Shown here in pieces: positions 29,285 to 39,593 of a stretch of DNA of 64,000 bases; within the stretch, counting starts at the first letter, position 1; the number at the start of each line of letters is the position of its first letter. A program made the position numbers and the translations under genes. The notes under the pieces were generated by a model. It made no database searches, was not told where the DNA came from, and saw nothing but the letters and a program-made list of their open reading frames with translations. The DNA comes from Polyangiaceae bacterium (lineage in GTDB: Bacteria; Myxococcota_A; Polyangia; Polyangiales; Polyangiaceae), in the NCBI GenBank assembly GCA_044376115.1, contig JBILLK010000019.1, forward strand, positions 96,001 through 160,000. The letters run 5' to 3'.

Positions 29285-30439
29285 ATGAGAAGCGAACCCT
29301 TGGAGAAATTTCTCCGTGTTCGCCGAGAACGCGTCAGGCGCAAGCTGTCGGGGCCCGACAGACGCCGCTTGATCGCAGGCTCGGTGGTGTTCGCTTTGAT
29401 GTTTGTGCTGGGCTTGGCGCTCAACATCAGCTTCTTTCGCGCGGCCTTCGTGATCGGCGGCGTGAACTCGCTGCAGCAGTCTTTGCTTTGGGGCGCGCTC
29501 CCAGCGTTCGTGATGGTGCTCCTGTATCTGCCGATCCCCAGCGTGCTCGACCGCTTCGATCCGGAGCCGCTTTGGTGTGTGGTGCTGGCCTTCCTATGGG
29601 GGGCCGTGGTCGCGACCGGGGTGAGCGCGGAGTTTCACGCGCTGGCGATGCCGCGCACCCAAGCCGCGAGCGACCCGAGCTTCGTGCTGACGGTGATCGT
29701 CGCGCCGGTGGTCGAGGAGCTGATGAAGGGCTCGGCCGTCGCTGGGTTCTTCTACTTTTTGCGGCGCGAATTCGACGGCGTGGTGGATGGCGTGGTGTAC
29801 GCGATGTTCACCGCGCTCGGCTTCGCCACGGTGGAGAACGTCGGCTTCTATGCGCGCGCAGCCTTGGAGGGCCGGGACATCTTCGCGCAGACCTTCATCG
29901 TGCGCGGCTTGATCGCGCCGTTCGGTCATCCGCTCTACACCTCGATGATCGGCCTCGGCTTCGGCATCGCGCGCGAGTCGACTCGCATGTGGCTGCGCGT
30001 AACGGCGCCCATCGTCGGCACGCTCTTGGCGGTGCTACTGCACGCGCTGTGGAACCTGGTGCCGCGCTTGGGCGCCGACATCTTCGTGGTCTCGCTGATT
30101 TTTTGGCTCGGCTTCGTCGTCGCCTTCAGCTTGATCGTCGCCGCGCTGGTGGTGCGCAAAGGCCGTACGATTCGCCGCTATTTGCGCGATGAAGTCGTGC
30201 TCGGCAACCTGAGTGAAGAGGAGCTAACGCTCGTCACCAGCGCCTTTGGCCGGCTCAAGAGCTACTTCGTCCCGCGCGGGGAAGTGCGCCGCCGCTTCAT
30301 TCGCTCCGCCGCTCGCCTCGCGCTCTCCAAGTGGCACGTCTCGCGCGCCGCCCGCCGCAACAAACGCACCTTCAGCCTCGAGTTCATCGCGCCCCTGCGC
30401 GCCGAACTAAGCGAGCTGCGCGAAAAAATGAACGGCTGA
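29285..30439 (+). CDS. PrsW-family intramembrane metalloprotease
   Basis: APVVEELMKG, GFATVEN, HPLYT, HALWN. Confidence 0.9.
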   Translation: MRSEPLEKFLRVRRERVRRKLSGPDRRRLIAGSVVFALMFVLGLALNISFFRAAFVIGGVNSLQQSLLWGALPAFVMVLLYLPIPSVLDRFDPEPLWCVVLAFLWGAVVATGVSAEFHALAMPRTQAASDPSFVLTVIVAPVVEELMKGSAVAGFFYFLRREFDGVVDGVVYAMFTALGFATVENVGFYARAALEGRDIFAQTFIVRGLIAPFGHPLYTSMIGLGFGIARESTRMWLRVTAPIVGTLLAVLLHALWNLVPRLGADIFVVSLIFWLGFVVAFSLIVAALVVRKGRTIRRYLRDEVVLGNLSEEELTLVTSAFGRLKSYFVPRGEVRRRFIRSAARLALSKWHVSRAARRNKRTFSLEFIAPLRAELSELREKMNG

Positions 30440-30513
30440 TCTCGCGACCAGCCGTCTCAACGTCTAGCGCCACCGTCACCAGCCAGCGACGACGGCGCCC
30501 GTTCAGCAAACGC

Positions 30514-30933
30514 TCAGAGCAGCTCGTAGCCGCTGAAGAAGTAGCCGAGCTCGCGGGCGGCGGACGCCTCGCTGTCGGAGCCGTGGACGGCGTTCTCGCC
30601 CACGTTGTCGCCGTACAGCTTGCGGATGGTGTTGTCGGCGGCCTTCTTGGGGTCGGTCGCGCCGATCACGTCGCGGTACTTGGCGATCGCGTCTTCACGC
30701 TCGAGCGCGAGCACGAGCACCGGGCCGCGCGACATGAATTGGGTCAGCTCGCCGAAGAAGCCGCGCTCGCGGTGCTCAGCGTAGAAGCCTTCTGCTTGCT
30801 TGAGGGTGAGGTGGATGGGCTTCATCGCGCGAACGACAAAGCCTTCTTCCTGGAAGCGGGCCAGGATGGCTCCAGCCTTGTTCTTCTCGACAGCGTCCGG
30901 CTTGATAATGGAAAGAGTGCGTTGAATAGCCAT
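30514..30933 (-). CDS. ndk: Nucleoside diphosphate kinase
   Basis: [11 protein letters not shown]...NAVHGSDS. Confidence 0.97.
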   Translation of the reverse strand: MAIQRTLSIIKPDAVEKNKAGAILARFQEEGFVVRAMKPIHLTLKQAEGFYAEHRERGFFGELTQFMSRGPVLVLALEREDAIAKYRDVIGATDPKKAADNTIRKLYGDNVGENAVHGSDSEASAARELGYFFSGYELL

Positions 30934-30997
30934 GTTGCGCCGCCTCATAGGCAGAACTTGGCTCGACGACAAGGTCGCTGCGCGCTAGTTAGCGCAG

Positions 30998-32044
30998 ATG
31001 CAAAAGCGCCTTCTCGAACTCGTGCAGGGCGGCGGCTGAGCCCGCAAGCTCCCCGCTGAGAGCCTGGTCCAGGTTCTACGTCCTCTCGAAAGCCAGCCGC
31101 CTCACCCTTGGGTGAGCTCGATCGCTGGGCCCCAAGACGATGCAGCCATCGTCAGGGCGGAGCTTGGCCCGCGCACGCGTTTGGTGATGACGGTGGACGT
31201 GGTCACGCCGATGGTGGACGACGCGCGCTTGTTCGGGGCGATCGCGGCGGCCAACTCGCTGTCCGACGTTTATGCGATGGGCGGCGTGCCGCAGGTCGCG
31301 CTCAGCTTCGTGGGCTTTCCGACGGGGGAGTTACCGCTTTCAACGCTGAGTGAGGTGCTCGCCGGGATGCAGGAGGTCTGCGCCGAGGCCGGCTGCGCCA
31401 TCGTCGGTGGGCATACCATCATCGACAACGAGCCCAAGGCTGGCCTTTCGGTGACCGGCGTGGTGGAAGAAGAGCGCGTTTGGTCGCACCGCGGCGGCCA
31501 GGCGGGGCAGGCGCTGGTGCTCACCAAAGCGCTGGGCACCGGGGTGGCCGTGGCGGCGATGAAGCGAGGGGACGCGCCCGCGGAGCTGGCGCTGGCTGCT
31601 CAGAAGTCGATGCGCAGGCTCAATCGCGAGGCCTGTGAAGCAGGCCGCAAACGCAGCGTAACGGCCGCTACCGACGTCACCGGCTTCGGCTTGCTCGGTC
31701 ACCTCAAGAACCTTTGTGAGGCCTCCAGCGTGAGCGCCGAGATCAACGTTGGCGCCGTTCCGCTGCTGCCCGGCGCGCTGGCCTTGGCCGAGCTCGGGCA
31801 GGTCCCCGGCGGCAGCAAACGCAATTGGAGCTGGGTTGCGCCGCTCGTGGCGGTGGACGCAGGGGTGACCGAGGCGGAGCAGCTGCTGCTCGCCGATGCG
31901 CAAACCTCGGGCGGCTTGTTGCTGGCGTTGCAAGCCGATGAGGCAGCGGAGCTCGTGACCGAGCTGGTTGCATCCGGGCACGCTGCAGCGCTGATCGGCC
32001 GATTGCTTCCGCCGCAAGAGAAGCTGCTTTTGTTGCGACGCTGA
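30998..32044 (+). CDS. selD: Selenide,water dikinase (selenophosphate synthetase), selenoprotein with UGA at 31037-31039
   Basis: MQKRLLELVQGGG-U-ARKL in frame with DDAA, ANSLSDVYAMGG, GGHT, TDVTGFGLLGH, DAQTSGGLL. Confidence 0.93.
31059..31077 (+). promoter_or_regulatory. Putative bacterial SECIS hairpin
   Basis: AGAGCCTG-GTC-CAGGTTCT, 8-bp stem, G/U apical loop 27 nt after the UGA. Confidence 0.7.
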
Positions 32045-32209
32045 CAAGTTGCTGGGCTCCAGTTGGAGGTTTGCCAGCCGCTCGTCTGCCAGTGATCGAC
32101 TCAGCTTGGGTCAACCTCTCGAAGGGAGCGAGGCGTTCGGCTCACTGCGTCAAACTTCGGCTGAACACGCGTCTTGGCGAGGTGGTGCTAGACGTTTACC
32201 CTACCGCAC

Positions 32210-34963
32210 ATGGTGTCAGCTCCGCCCCTGCGAAGAACCTCGACGCGCGGGCGATTTGTAGGGCGCGCCGCCGAGTTAGCGTCGCTCGCACAAGGCCTGC
32301 GCTCCGGCTCGGTTAGCACCATCGTAGGCCCGCCCGGCGTCGGCAAAACCAGGCTCGCGCGTGAAGCGGCGGCGGCTGAACGCAGCCGTCGCGACGTGAT
32401 CATCTGCGACTTCTCGGAAGCGCGTTCGGACGAGGAAGTCCTCGGCGTGCTCGTGCGCGGCCTGTCCGCCGACGTGGCTGGCTCGAGCTCGCTTTCGGAC
32501 GTCCGTGCGACGATTGGTCGCGCGCTCTCCGGCAAAGACGGCCTCTTGCTGGTGCTCGACAACTTCGAGCATTTGACGAAGTTTGCTGGGCTGGTTGCGC
32601 GCGCCGCCGAGCTCGGACCGGCGCTCTTGGTGACCTCGCGTGAGCCGCTCGACCTCGCGGACGAGCAGGTTTTACCGCTCGAGCCGCTGGCCTTCGCTGA
32701 TCATGACGGCCAGAACTCCGACGCCAAGCAGCTCTTTCTCGACTGCTTCCGCTCGCACAATCCGGGGCATGAGCCGCGGCCGCGCGAGCTCGAGATCGTT
32801 AGCGGTTGGGTGCAGCGGCTGGAGGGCTTACCGCTCTCGATCGTGCTGGTCGCCGCCTCGACCAAGGCGCCCATCAGTGAAGAGCAGCTACAGCTCTCCG
32901 GGGAGGTGCAGCGCAGCGTCGAGGCCACCATCGACGCCTCCTGGTCGCTCTTGAACCCGCAGGAGCAAGCCACCTTGGCCCAATGTTCGATGTTCCGCGG
33001 CGGCTTCGATGACGCCTCCGCCGAGGCCGTAGTCGCGCTGCCCACGGCCGAGAACGTGCGCGACCTGCTCACCCGTTTGGCCCGTAAGTCGCTCCTCTCG
33101 ATTCAATACGTGGGCGAACAAAACTCGGTCGAGCGGGCCCCCGGCGACACCGATCGCCCGTCGCTGCTCGGCTTACGTAAGCGCTTCACGATGTTGGCCA
33201 GCATTCGCGAGTTCGCCGCCGCCGCGTTGGCTCGGTCGGCCGAGAGCGAGGAAGCGCGCGGGCAGCGTGAGGTGCGCTTCGCGCGGCTGTTCGCAGCGCG
33301 AGCTCGCGAGGCCGCCGAGATCGAAATGGGGCTCGACGCGCGCGAGGCCAAGAGCTTCCTCGAGGTCGACATCGACAACCTGACGCTCGCCCACAAGCTC
33401 GCGATCGACAAGCAACTGGCCGAGCCTGCGGTGGAGCTGGCGCTCGGCATCGGCCTGGTAACGCGCGGGCGCACGCCGCTCTCACGCACCTTGTCGTTGC
33501 TCGATTCGGCCTTGGCGGCAGCCGATGATTCGCTCGATTCACGCGTCGCGGTGAGGGCGCTGATCGGTCGCACGCGCGTGCTCGAGTTGATGGGCCGCGC
33601 TGGCGAGGCGCTTACGTCGGCGCGCATGGCCCGCGAGATCGCCGAGGGGCTGGATCCGCCGGGCAGTTTCGAGAGCGTCGTCTCGCTCGATGCTTCGGCG
33701 CGCGCGCTCTTGTTACTCGGCCGTTGGAAAGAGGCTCGCGACGTCACGCTCCAGGTGGTCAAGAGCTTCGAGTCGCGCGGTATGGCGGCGTTTGCGGCGC
33801 GCGCCCGCATCACGCTGGGAGACACCTGGTTCTACGAAGACGACTTGCAGGAAGCCGAGGAGGCGTATTCGCAGGCGCTGGTATCGGCGCGCATCGTCGG
33901 GGAGAGCGGCGTGCTCGGTTTGGCGCGCTTGCGCAAGGCCATCGTCGACATGGATCGCGGTCGCGCGGATCAAGCTCGCGCAGGCTACGAGAGCGCGATC
34001 GTCGCCTTCCGCGTGGCCGGTGACCGGGGAGGGGAGGCGAGCGCTACCTGCTATCTGGCCGTGCTCGAGCACGAGCTCGGTGAGTTCGACGTAGCGCGCG
34101 CGCGCTTCGAGACGCTGGTCGCGACCACGCGCGAGCTCGGCAAGCGCCGTCAGCAAGGCATGGCGTTGGTCTATCTCGGGGCGCTCTTGGTCGAGCTCGG
34201 CGATCTCGCGGCCGCCTGTGACACGTTGGAGCTCGCCGAACGCATCCTCGGCGAGCTCGGCGTGGTCTCGACCGAGGCCTACGCGCTCGGCTGGCGCTCG
34301 GTCGCGCTGGCGATGGGCGGGGACATCGAAGGTTCGCGCGAGGCGTTTTTGCGCTGCCAAACCATGTTGCGCTCGAAGAAAGAGCAGTCCTTCTACGCGG
34401 CCGCAGCGGCGCTTTTCGAGGGCCACCTCGATCTGGCCTTGGCCCATCGCGCCGAACGCTCCTCCGACGAGGTCGCAGCGCGTGCGCACCGCGCGCAGGC
34501 GCGAGCACGGCTCGATGCGGCACCGCCTGCCGAGCGGATGCAAAGCGACGTGCGGATCGCCCGACGCGTGCTCGAAACGGCGCTCGGCCTGCTCAAACCC
34601 TTGGCGCCGCCGGCGATCAAGACCTCGGGCGAGCGGCCGCTCGTGATCGACAAGGCCGGGGCTTGGTTTCGGCCGGCCGACGGTGAGCGCGTGGACATCG
34701 AAACGCGCGCCCCGCTGCGCAAGATCCTGCTCATTTTGGCCGAAGCACGCCTCACCAAGTCGGGGACGCCGGTGCCACCCGCTGAGCTGATGCGGGAGGT
34801 CTGGCTCGATACGACCGACGTCGCGGCGTTGCAGAATCGTTTGCGCGTTGGCATCGCGACGCTACGGAAGCTCGGCTTGGCCAAGGTGCTCTTTACGCGC
34901 CCAACCGGCTATCTGCTCGATCCCGAAGCCGCCGTTCTGCTCAGCCACGACGGAAAAGGCTAG
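32210..34963 (+). CDS. STAND/NB-ARC-like ATPase with TPR repeats and C-terminal winged-HTH-like domain
   Basis: FVGR, GPPGVGKT, LLVLDNFEH, TSRE, LEGLPL; TPR-like helices; LRVGIATLRKLGL. Confidence 0.8.
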   Translation: MVSAPPLRRTSTRGRFVGRAAELASLAQGLRSGSVSTIVGPPGVGKTRLAREAAAAERSRRDVIICDFSEARSDEEVLGVLVRGLSADVAGSSSLSDVRATIGRALSGKDGLLLVLDNFEHLTKFAGLVARAAELGPALLVTSREPLDLADEQVLPLEPLAFADHDGQNSDAKQLFLDCFRSHNPGHEPRPRELEIVSGWVQRLEGLPLSIVLVAASTKAPISEEQLQLSGEVQRSVEATIDASWSLLNPQEQATLAQCSMFRGGFDDASAEAVVALPTAENVRDLLTRLARKSLLSIQYVGEQNSVERAPGDTDRPSLLGLRKRFTMLASIREFAAAALARSAESEEARGQREVRFARLFAARAREAAEIEMGLDAREAKSFLEVDIDNLTLAHKLAIDKQLAEPAVELALGIGLVTRGRTPLSRTLSLLDSALAAADDSLDSRVAVRALIGRTRVLELMGRAGEALTSARMAREIAEGLDPPGSFESVVSLDASARALLLLGRWKEARDVTLQVVKSFESRGMAAFAARARITLGDTWFYEDDLQEAEEAYSQALVSARIVGESGVLGLARLRKAIVDMDRGRADQARAGYESAIVAFRVAGDRGGEASATCYLAVLEHELGEFDVARARFETLVATTRELGKRRQQGMALVYLGALLVELGDLAAACDTLELAERILGELGVVSTEAYALGWRSVALAMGGDIEGSREAFLRCQTMLRSKKEQSFYAAAAALFEGHLDLALAHRAERSSDEVAARAHRAQARARLDAAPPAERMQSDVRIARRVLETALGLLKPLAPPAIKTSGERPLVIDKAGAWFRPADGERVDIETRAPLRKILLILAEARLTKSGTPVPPAELMREVWLDTTDVAALQNRLRVGIATLRKLGLAKVLFTRPTGYLLDPEAAVLLSHDGKG

Positions 34964-35031
34964 TTCACCCAACGCAGGCGGATGCAGCGTTCCCACCGGG
35001 GATAAGGTCCGGTAGGCTGCGCCCGCCAGCG

Positions 35032-38000
35032 ATGCCGAGCCTTAGCTCTCTGATTGTCCAACGCCAAGTCGCGACCATCGCCGAGGTGGAGCAGGCTATC
35101 GCCAGGCAGGTGATCCATGGCGGTGACTTCCTGACCAACCTGCTCGAGGTCGCGCCGCACGCCGAGCGCAACGTCAACTCGGTGTTCGGTGAATCGCTTG
35201 GGCTTCCGGCTGCGAGCCCGGGCCGCCTGCCACCGCCAGAGGATGAAGCGCTGGAGCTCGTGCCGATGGAGCTCGCGTTGCGTGCGGTCATGCTGCCGAT
35301 TCGGTTGCGCGACGGCGAGCTCTTGTTGGCCGTGAGCGACATCCTGCGGCCGCTGTTCGAGGAAGAGCTGCGGGCGGCGGGGATCGCCAAGTTGTCGCTG
35401 ATCGCCGCGCCCTTGATCCGCATCCGCGAGGGCATCGCAGCGCACTACGGCGCGCCGCTCGATGCACGTCAGCTTCGGCTCGTGGACCTGCTCGAGGCCT
35501 CGCTGAAAAGAGCGCCCGAGCCGCGGATTGCGCCGGCCAAACAGGCCTTCCCGGAGACCGATCTGCATCTGCCCACCGGCCTCAAGAGCGGCATTTCGCA
35601 GCGCCCACCGCCGGTCGAGGCGTCGCCCCCGACGCGTCGCAAGCCCAGTCGTGAGCTCGCTGCGTTGCGTGCCGCGAGCATCGCGAGTGAAGAGGTCGCA
35701 GCTCGCGTCGTCGCCGAACAAGCCGCGCGCGCCCCCGTCGCAGAGGAAGACGCCGGCTGGTCCGATCCTGCTCCCGTTGGCGATATCGCGCAGGCCGTCG
35801 TACCGCCTGCGCCCGCGATGCCGAGCTTTGCTCCCGCCGTTCCTCCGCCCGCCGCAGAGCCGGAGCCGTTGGCCGCCGAGGAGCCGCTGCAAGCGATGCA
35901 ACCCGCCTCCGAAGAGCCACCGGCGTTGCTCTTGGAGGCCGCTAGTTCGGCGGAGGCGCTCGAGTCTGCGCGGTTGCAGGCGGTCGCCTTCGAGGAAGCC
36001 GCGCTTGCGTACGAGTCGGATCTGCCGGTGAGCGGCCGCTTGACGGTGGCCCATGAAGCGCCCGCTCCGCCGCTTGCACGTCGCTCCGACCAAGCTCCGC
36101 TTCCTGAGGTCGTGGAGGCCGCCAACGTTCAGCCGGAGGTCGAGTCTCCGCCCGAAGTTGAATCGGAGGACTTCGCCGCCACCATCTCGGAGGCGCCATC
36201 CACCGAGGCCGAACCCTCGTTGCCCCAGGCGAGCGAGGAGCGACTGGTCTCGGTCATCGCTGAGAACCCGGTTGAGGACGCCTCTCCGCGGCCGCCGGGC
36301 ATGATCGACAAGCGGGCGCTCCATTCGCTGCTGCGGCGCGAGGTCGGGTCGAAGAAAGTTCGCGCCAAGACCGCTCGCCGCAAAGGGCCCTTCTCGCGCA
36401 GCGAGGCGGAACGCGAGCTGGAGACCGCGCGAACCCCCGACGACATCCTCGATATTTTCTTCGCCTTCGGCTCGCAGTTCTTTGAGTACGCGGCGTTGTT
36501 CGTAGCGCACGGCGATCTGCTCGAGGGGCGAGATGCTTGGGGCCCCGGCGCGGACCATCTGCGCGTTCTCGGCTTGGGCGTGCCGCTGGATTTGCCAAGC
36601 TCGCTCGCGGCGGTGCGCGGCAACGGTCAGGTGCTGCTTTCACGCTTTGACGATCACGAGATCGATCGCGAGTTCCGGCGAGACCTCGAGCGTTCGCCGC
36701 GCAAACCAAGCCTGGCCGCGTTGGTCCCGGTGACGATTCGAAGCCGCGCTGTCGGCATTCTCTACGGCGATGACGGCGATCAGGACGTCACTCTGGGTAG
36801 CCTCGGTGAGCTGCTCGGCTTCTGCGCGCTCGCATCCACCCACGTCGAGCGCTTGCTGCGGGCGAAGAAAGGCAAGACCGGCGCGATGCCGCGAGCCCAG
36901 CCTCACAGCGTTGCAGCCCTGGCGCGCGCGCTCGACCTGCCCGGCGCCGAGATCAAGACCGCCCCGCTCGCAACCTCCCACCCCGCTCCCGGTCGTGAGT
37001 CGCGCGTCTCGCCTGGCGCGGCCAGCGTCCTGCCGCCCGCGCCCCCGCCTCGCGCCGAGTACGAGCCGCCGCCGCGCGCCGAGTACGAGCCGTCCGGGCG
37101 CTCCGACACGCTGGACTACGCCGAGCTGAGCGCACCGAATCGCGCCCCGCTGATGCCGCGCTTCCCCTCGAGCATCCCGGCGCAGGAAGCCTTCGATGCG
37201 GCGCCGCTGACGGTGCCGACGGCTGCTGCACCGGACTTCGACGCGGGCTTGCGACCGGATCCGCTCGCTCCAACGGCCTTGGGGGAGGCAGGTCCCATCT
37301 CCAAGCGGGTCATCGCCACCCCGCTACCCGCGCCGCACGCGGACTCGTCGGCTGAACACGAGCGCTTCTCCTCGTCGTCTGCAACGGGCCCGAGTTCCAA
37401 GCAGGTTCGGTTTGTGCGGCCGATCCCGCGCGAAGAGGATGACGACGTCTCCGACGTCGTGGCGTCCAACTCCAGCGCGGGGGAGACGCCTATGCGCCAT
37501 TCGGTCGAGCCCGACTACGCGGACGGTCGCATCGGTAGTTATCATATTATCCCGCGACCGGCCGAGGCTCGGCGCCGCCCCGAGTTGACCGATATCGACG
37601 CGTTGCTGCACCGCGCGCTGGTCGGCGGCCTCGAAGGCGAAGAGGCCATCGGCGAGCTTTTGGCCCTGCCAGATACCGACGTACCGAAGCTCTTGGCGAA
37701 GTTTCCAGGCCCGCTCTCGGTAGACCGCCTGCGCTCCCGTGCCGATATTCCGCCGGCCTCGGAGTGCGGTCCGCTGCTCAAAGTGGTCGGCGTATTGCGG
37801 CGCGCTGCGTTGCCCTTCGTCACCGTGCGCAGCGCTTCTTCGGATCTCGAGCAACGCTTTTGGGCGACGCACATCTTGGGCGAGCTGCTCTACCCGGAGG
37901 CCTCGAGCGCGATCTTGCCGCGGCTATTCGATGATGACGTCGCGGTGCGACGGGTGGCCCGGCGCACGGCCCAGGCCCTCGTGGCGGCAGGAGCGCCCGG

Positions 38001-38448
38001 CGAGCCGCTCACCCAAAGCCTCGATCACACCATGCGCAACGCCGAGGAGCCGATGCACCGTCGTCTGCTCGCGGTCGAGGCCCTGGTCGACATTCGCGTC
38101 CCGCTGGTCGTGCCGATCCTGATTGGCGGTTTGCGCGACCCGTCCGATACCGTCGTCGAGGCGGCGCGCACCGGGCTGATCGTGGTCGCGCGGCAGGATC
38201 TCGGGCGCATCGCCGATGTCTGGCACGCCTGGTGGGTGGCGCACAAAGACCAACACCGCATCGAGTGGCTGATTGACGCTTTGACCCATGAGACGCACAG
38301 CATTCGTCGGGCTGCCGGCGAGGAGCTCAAGCTGCTCACGCGCGAGTACTTCGGTTACTACGATGACCTGCCGCCGCGTGAACGTGAGCGGGCCCAAGAG
38401 CGCTATCGCCAGTGGTGGTCCGACGACGGCATGTATCGCTTTCGTTAG
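35032..38448 (+). CDS. FrgA-like protein: MshEN/T2SSE_N-like N-terminus, Pro/Ala/Glu linker, GAF-like region, HEAT repeats
   Basis: LSSLIVQRQVAT...AIARQ...; GAF-like VPVTIRSRAVGILYGD; HEAT-like C-terminus ending W..WW. Confidence 0.65.
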   Translation: MPSLSSLIVQRQVATIAEVEQAIARQVIHGGDFLTNLLEVAPHAERNVNSVFGESLGLPAASPGRLPPPEDEALELVPMELALRAVMLPIRLRDGELLLAVSDILRPLFEEELRAAGIAKLSLIAAPLIRIREGIAAHYGAPLDARQLRLVDLLEASLKRAPEPRIAPAKQAFPETDLHLPTGLKSGISQRPPPVEASPPTRRKPSRELAALRAASIASEEVAARVVAEQAARAPVAEEDAGWSDPAPVGDIAQAVVPPAPAMPSFAPAVPPPAAEPEPLAAEEPLQAMQPASEEPPALLLEAASSAEALESARLQAVAFEEAALAYESDLPVSGRLTVAHEAPAPPLARRSDQAPLPEVVEAANVQPEVESPPEVESEDFAATISEAPSTEAEPSLPQASEERLVSVIAENPVEDASPRPPGMIDKRALHSLLRREVGSKKVRAKTARRKGPFSRSEAERELETARTPDDILDIFFAFGSQFFEYAALFVAHGDLLEGRDAWGPGADHLRVLGLGVPLDLPSSLAAVRGNGQVLLSRFDDHEIDREFRRDLERSPRKPSLAALVPVTIRSRAVGILYGDDGDQDVTLGSLGELLGFCALASTHVERLLRAKKGKTGAMPRAQPHSVAALARALDLPGAEIKTAPLATSHPAPGRESRVSPGAASVLPPAPPPRAEYEPPPRAEYEPSGRSDTLDYAELSAPNRAPLMPRFPSSIPAQEAFDAAPLTVPTAAAPDFDAGLRPDPLAPTALGEAGPISKRVIATPLPAPHADSSAEHERFSSSSATGPSSKQVRFVRPIPREEDDDVSDVVASNSSAGETPMRHSVEPDYADGRIGSYHIIPRPAEARRRPELTDIDALLHRALVGGLEGEEAIGELLALPDTDVPKLLAKFPGPLSVDRLRSRADIPPASECGPLLKVVGVLRRAALPFVTVRSASSDLEQRFWATHILGELLYPEASSAILPRLFDDDVAVRRVARRTAQALVAAGAPGEPLTQSLDHTMRNAEEPMHRRLLAVEALVDIRVPLVVPILIGGLRDPSDTVVEAARTGLIVVARQDLGRIADVWHAWWVAHKDQHRIEWLIDALTHETHSIRRAAGEELKLLTREYFGYYDDLPPRERERAQERYRQWWSDDGMYRFR

Positions 38449-38462
38449 GCGCACTGCGAGCG

Positions 38463-39593
38463 TTAGCGCGGGTCGAGCGGAGCTTGCGGCTCGTACAACT
38501 TACCTTGCGCGAACGGCGCGTACGGCAGTGCTCGGCAGCCGCTCTTGTCCAGCGCCACCAAGCTGCCGTCGGCCAGCACGGCCACCAGGCCCTGCTCGAA
38601 GGGCACGACCGCTCGCGGATTGAGGTTTCCGGCGTCGTACGCGTCGCGATGCTTCTCGAACGCTGGGCACGGCGGAAGGATCTCCACGCCGGCGGCCCGT
38701 ACGATGAACTGCTCGGTATTCGAAAGCACGATCACCAGCGATTCATCGGGCAAAAACACCGCCGAACCGATCGAGCCCATCGCGTTGCTCTTCGCCTCGA
38801 GCACCGGCACGCCGCGGCTATGGAGAGGCTTACCGTCGTTGGCCGAGAGGTCGTGAATGGCCACGACCCGCGCTTGGCCATCCGGGGCAAAAGCAATGAG
38901 CCCCTCGCGATAGACAAACACCGGCGCACCCTGCACCGTACCTGCCGCGATCATCCGGCCAAGATCCTCGACCGGCAAAACCGCCAGCGTCTGCCATTGA
39001 TCCGGCCCGGTTCGCCGCACGATCGCGCGACCATCGTTAGCGAAACCACTACCGACCAGCGTGTCGCCGAGGGCCAGCACCGGGGACACCTCACCGAGCA
39101 GCTTCTCTCGTTGTTCGATATGCCCGGTCTCCGCGTCCATCCACAAAAGCTCGCCGCTGTGCAGCTTCAAGAAGATCCGTTGGTCGGGCAAGGTGAACGC
39201 CGAATCGACGGTGTCCCGCGCGTAGGGCCGGTCTTTATCAACCACCGCGCCTCGCTCGAGGTCGGTCGGGGCAGCCACCCACGCGGAGCCGTCCCAGCGA
39301 TACCGCACGCCGTAACGGGTCATCAGGTAGATCTGCTTGCCCGCGATCAGCACGTTGGCCGTTCGCGTGCCTTGGTTGGGCTGGAAGTTCTCGTAGTCGT
39401 TGATCGGGTAATCGCGCCGGGTGACGTTACCGGCCAAAGCGTTAGCCGCGAGCCCTTCCGAGCCGGCCATCCACAATCGCCCGTCCGCATCGACAGCGGC
39501 CGATTCCACCGCCGAATAACGATAGAGGTTGCGGCAGCCGGTCGTCGCCAGCGCCACGAGCGCTGCCAGCGTTGTCCATCCTAGCGATTGCAT
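38463..39593 (-). CDS. Hypothetical lipoprotein, possible beta-propeller
   Basis: TTGC lipobox; short beta-strand repeats. Confidence 0.6.
   Translation of the reverse strand: MQSLGWTTLAALVALATTGCRNLYRYSAVESAAVDADGRLWMAGSEGLAANALAGNVTRRDYPINDYENFQPNQGTRTANVLIAGKQIYLMTRYGVRYRWDGSAWVAAPTDLERGAVVDKDRPYARDTVDSAFTLPDQRIFLKLHSGELLWMDAETGHIEQREKLLGEVSPVLALGDTLVGSGFANDGRAIVRRTGPDQWQTLAVLPVEDLGRMIAAGTVQGAPVFVYREGLIAFAPDGQARVVAIHDLSANDGKPLHSRGVPVLEAKSNAMGSIGSAVFLPDESLVIVLSNTEQFIVRAAGVEILPPCPAFEKHRDAYDAGNLNPRAVVPFEQGLVAVLADGSLVALDKSGCRALPYAPFAQGKLYEPQAPLDPR

Noticed and set aside
31112..32044. selD as a short ORF or pseudogene
   Set aside because: The UGA sits at the catalytic position and is followed by a SECIS-like hairpin
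34960..36558. Long antisense or alternate-frame ORFs (also 3878-5197, 13742-15133, 22246-23625, 24369-25736, 28531-30192, 38412-39584)
   Set aside because: Shadow ORFs expected at high GC; Arg-rich, no motifs, overlap well-supported genes
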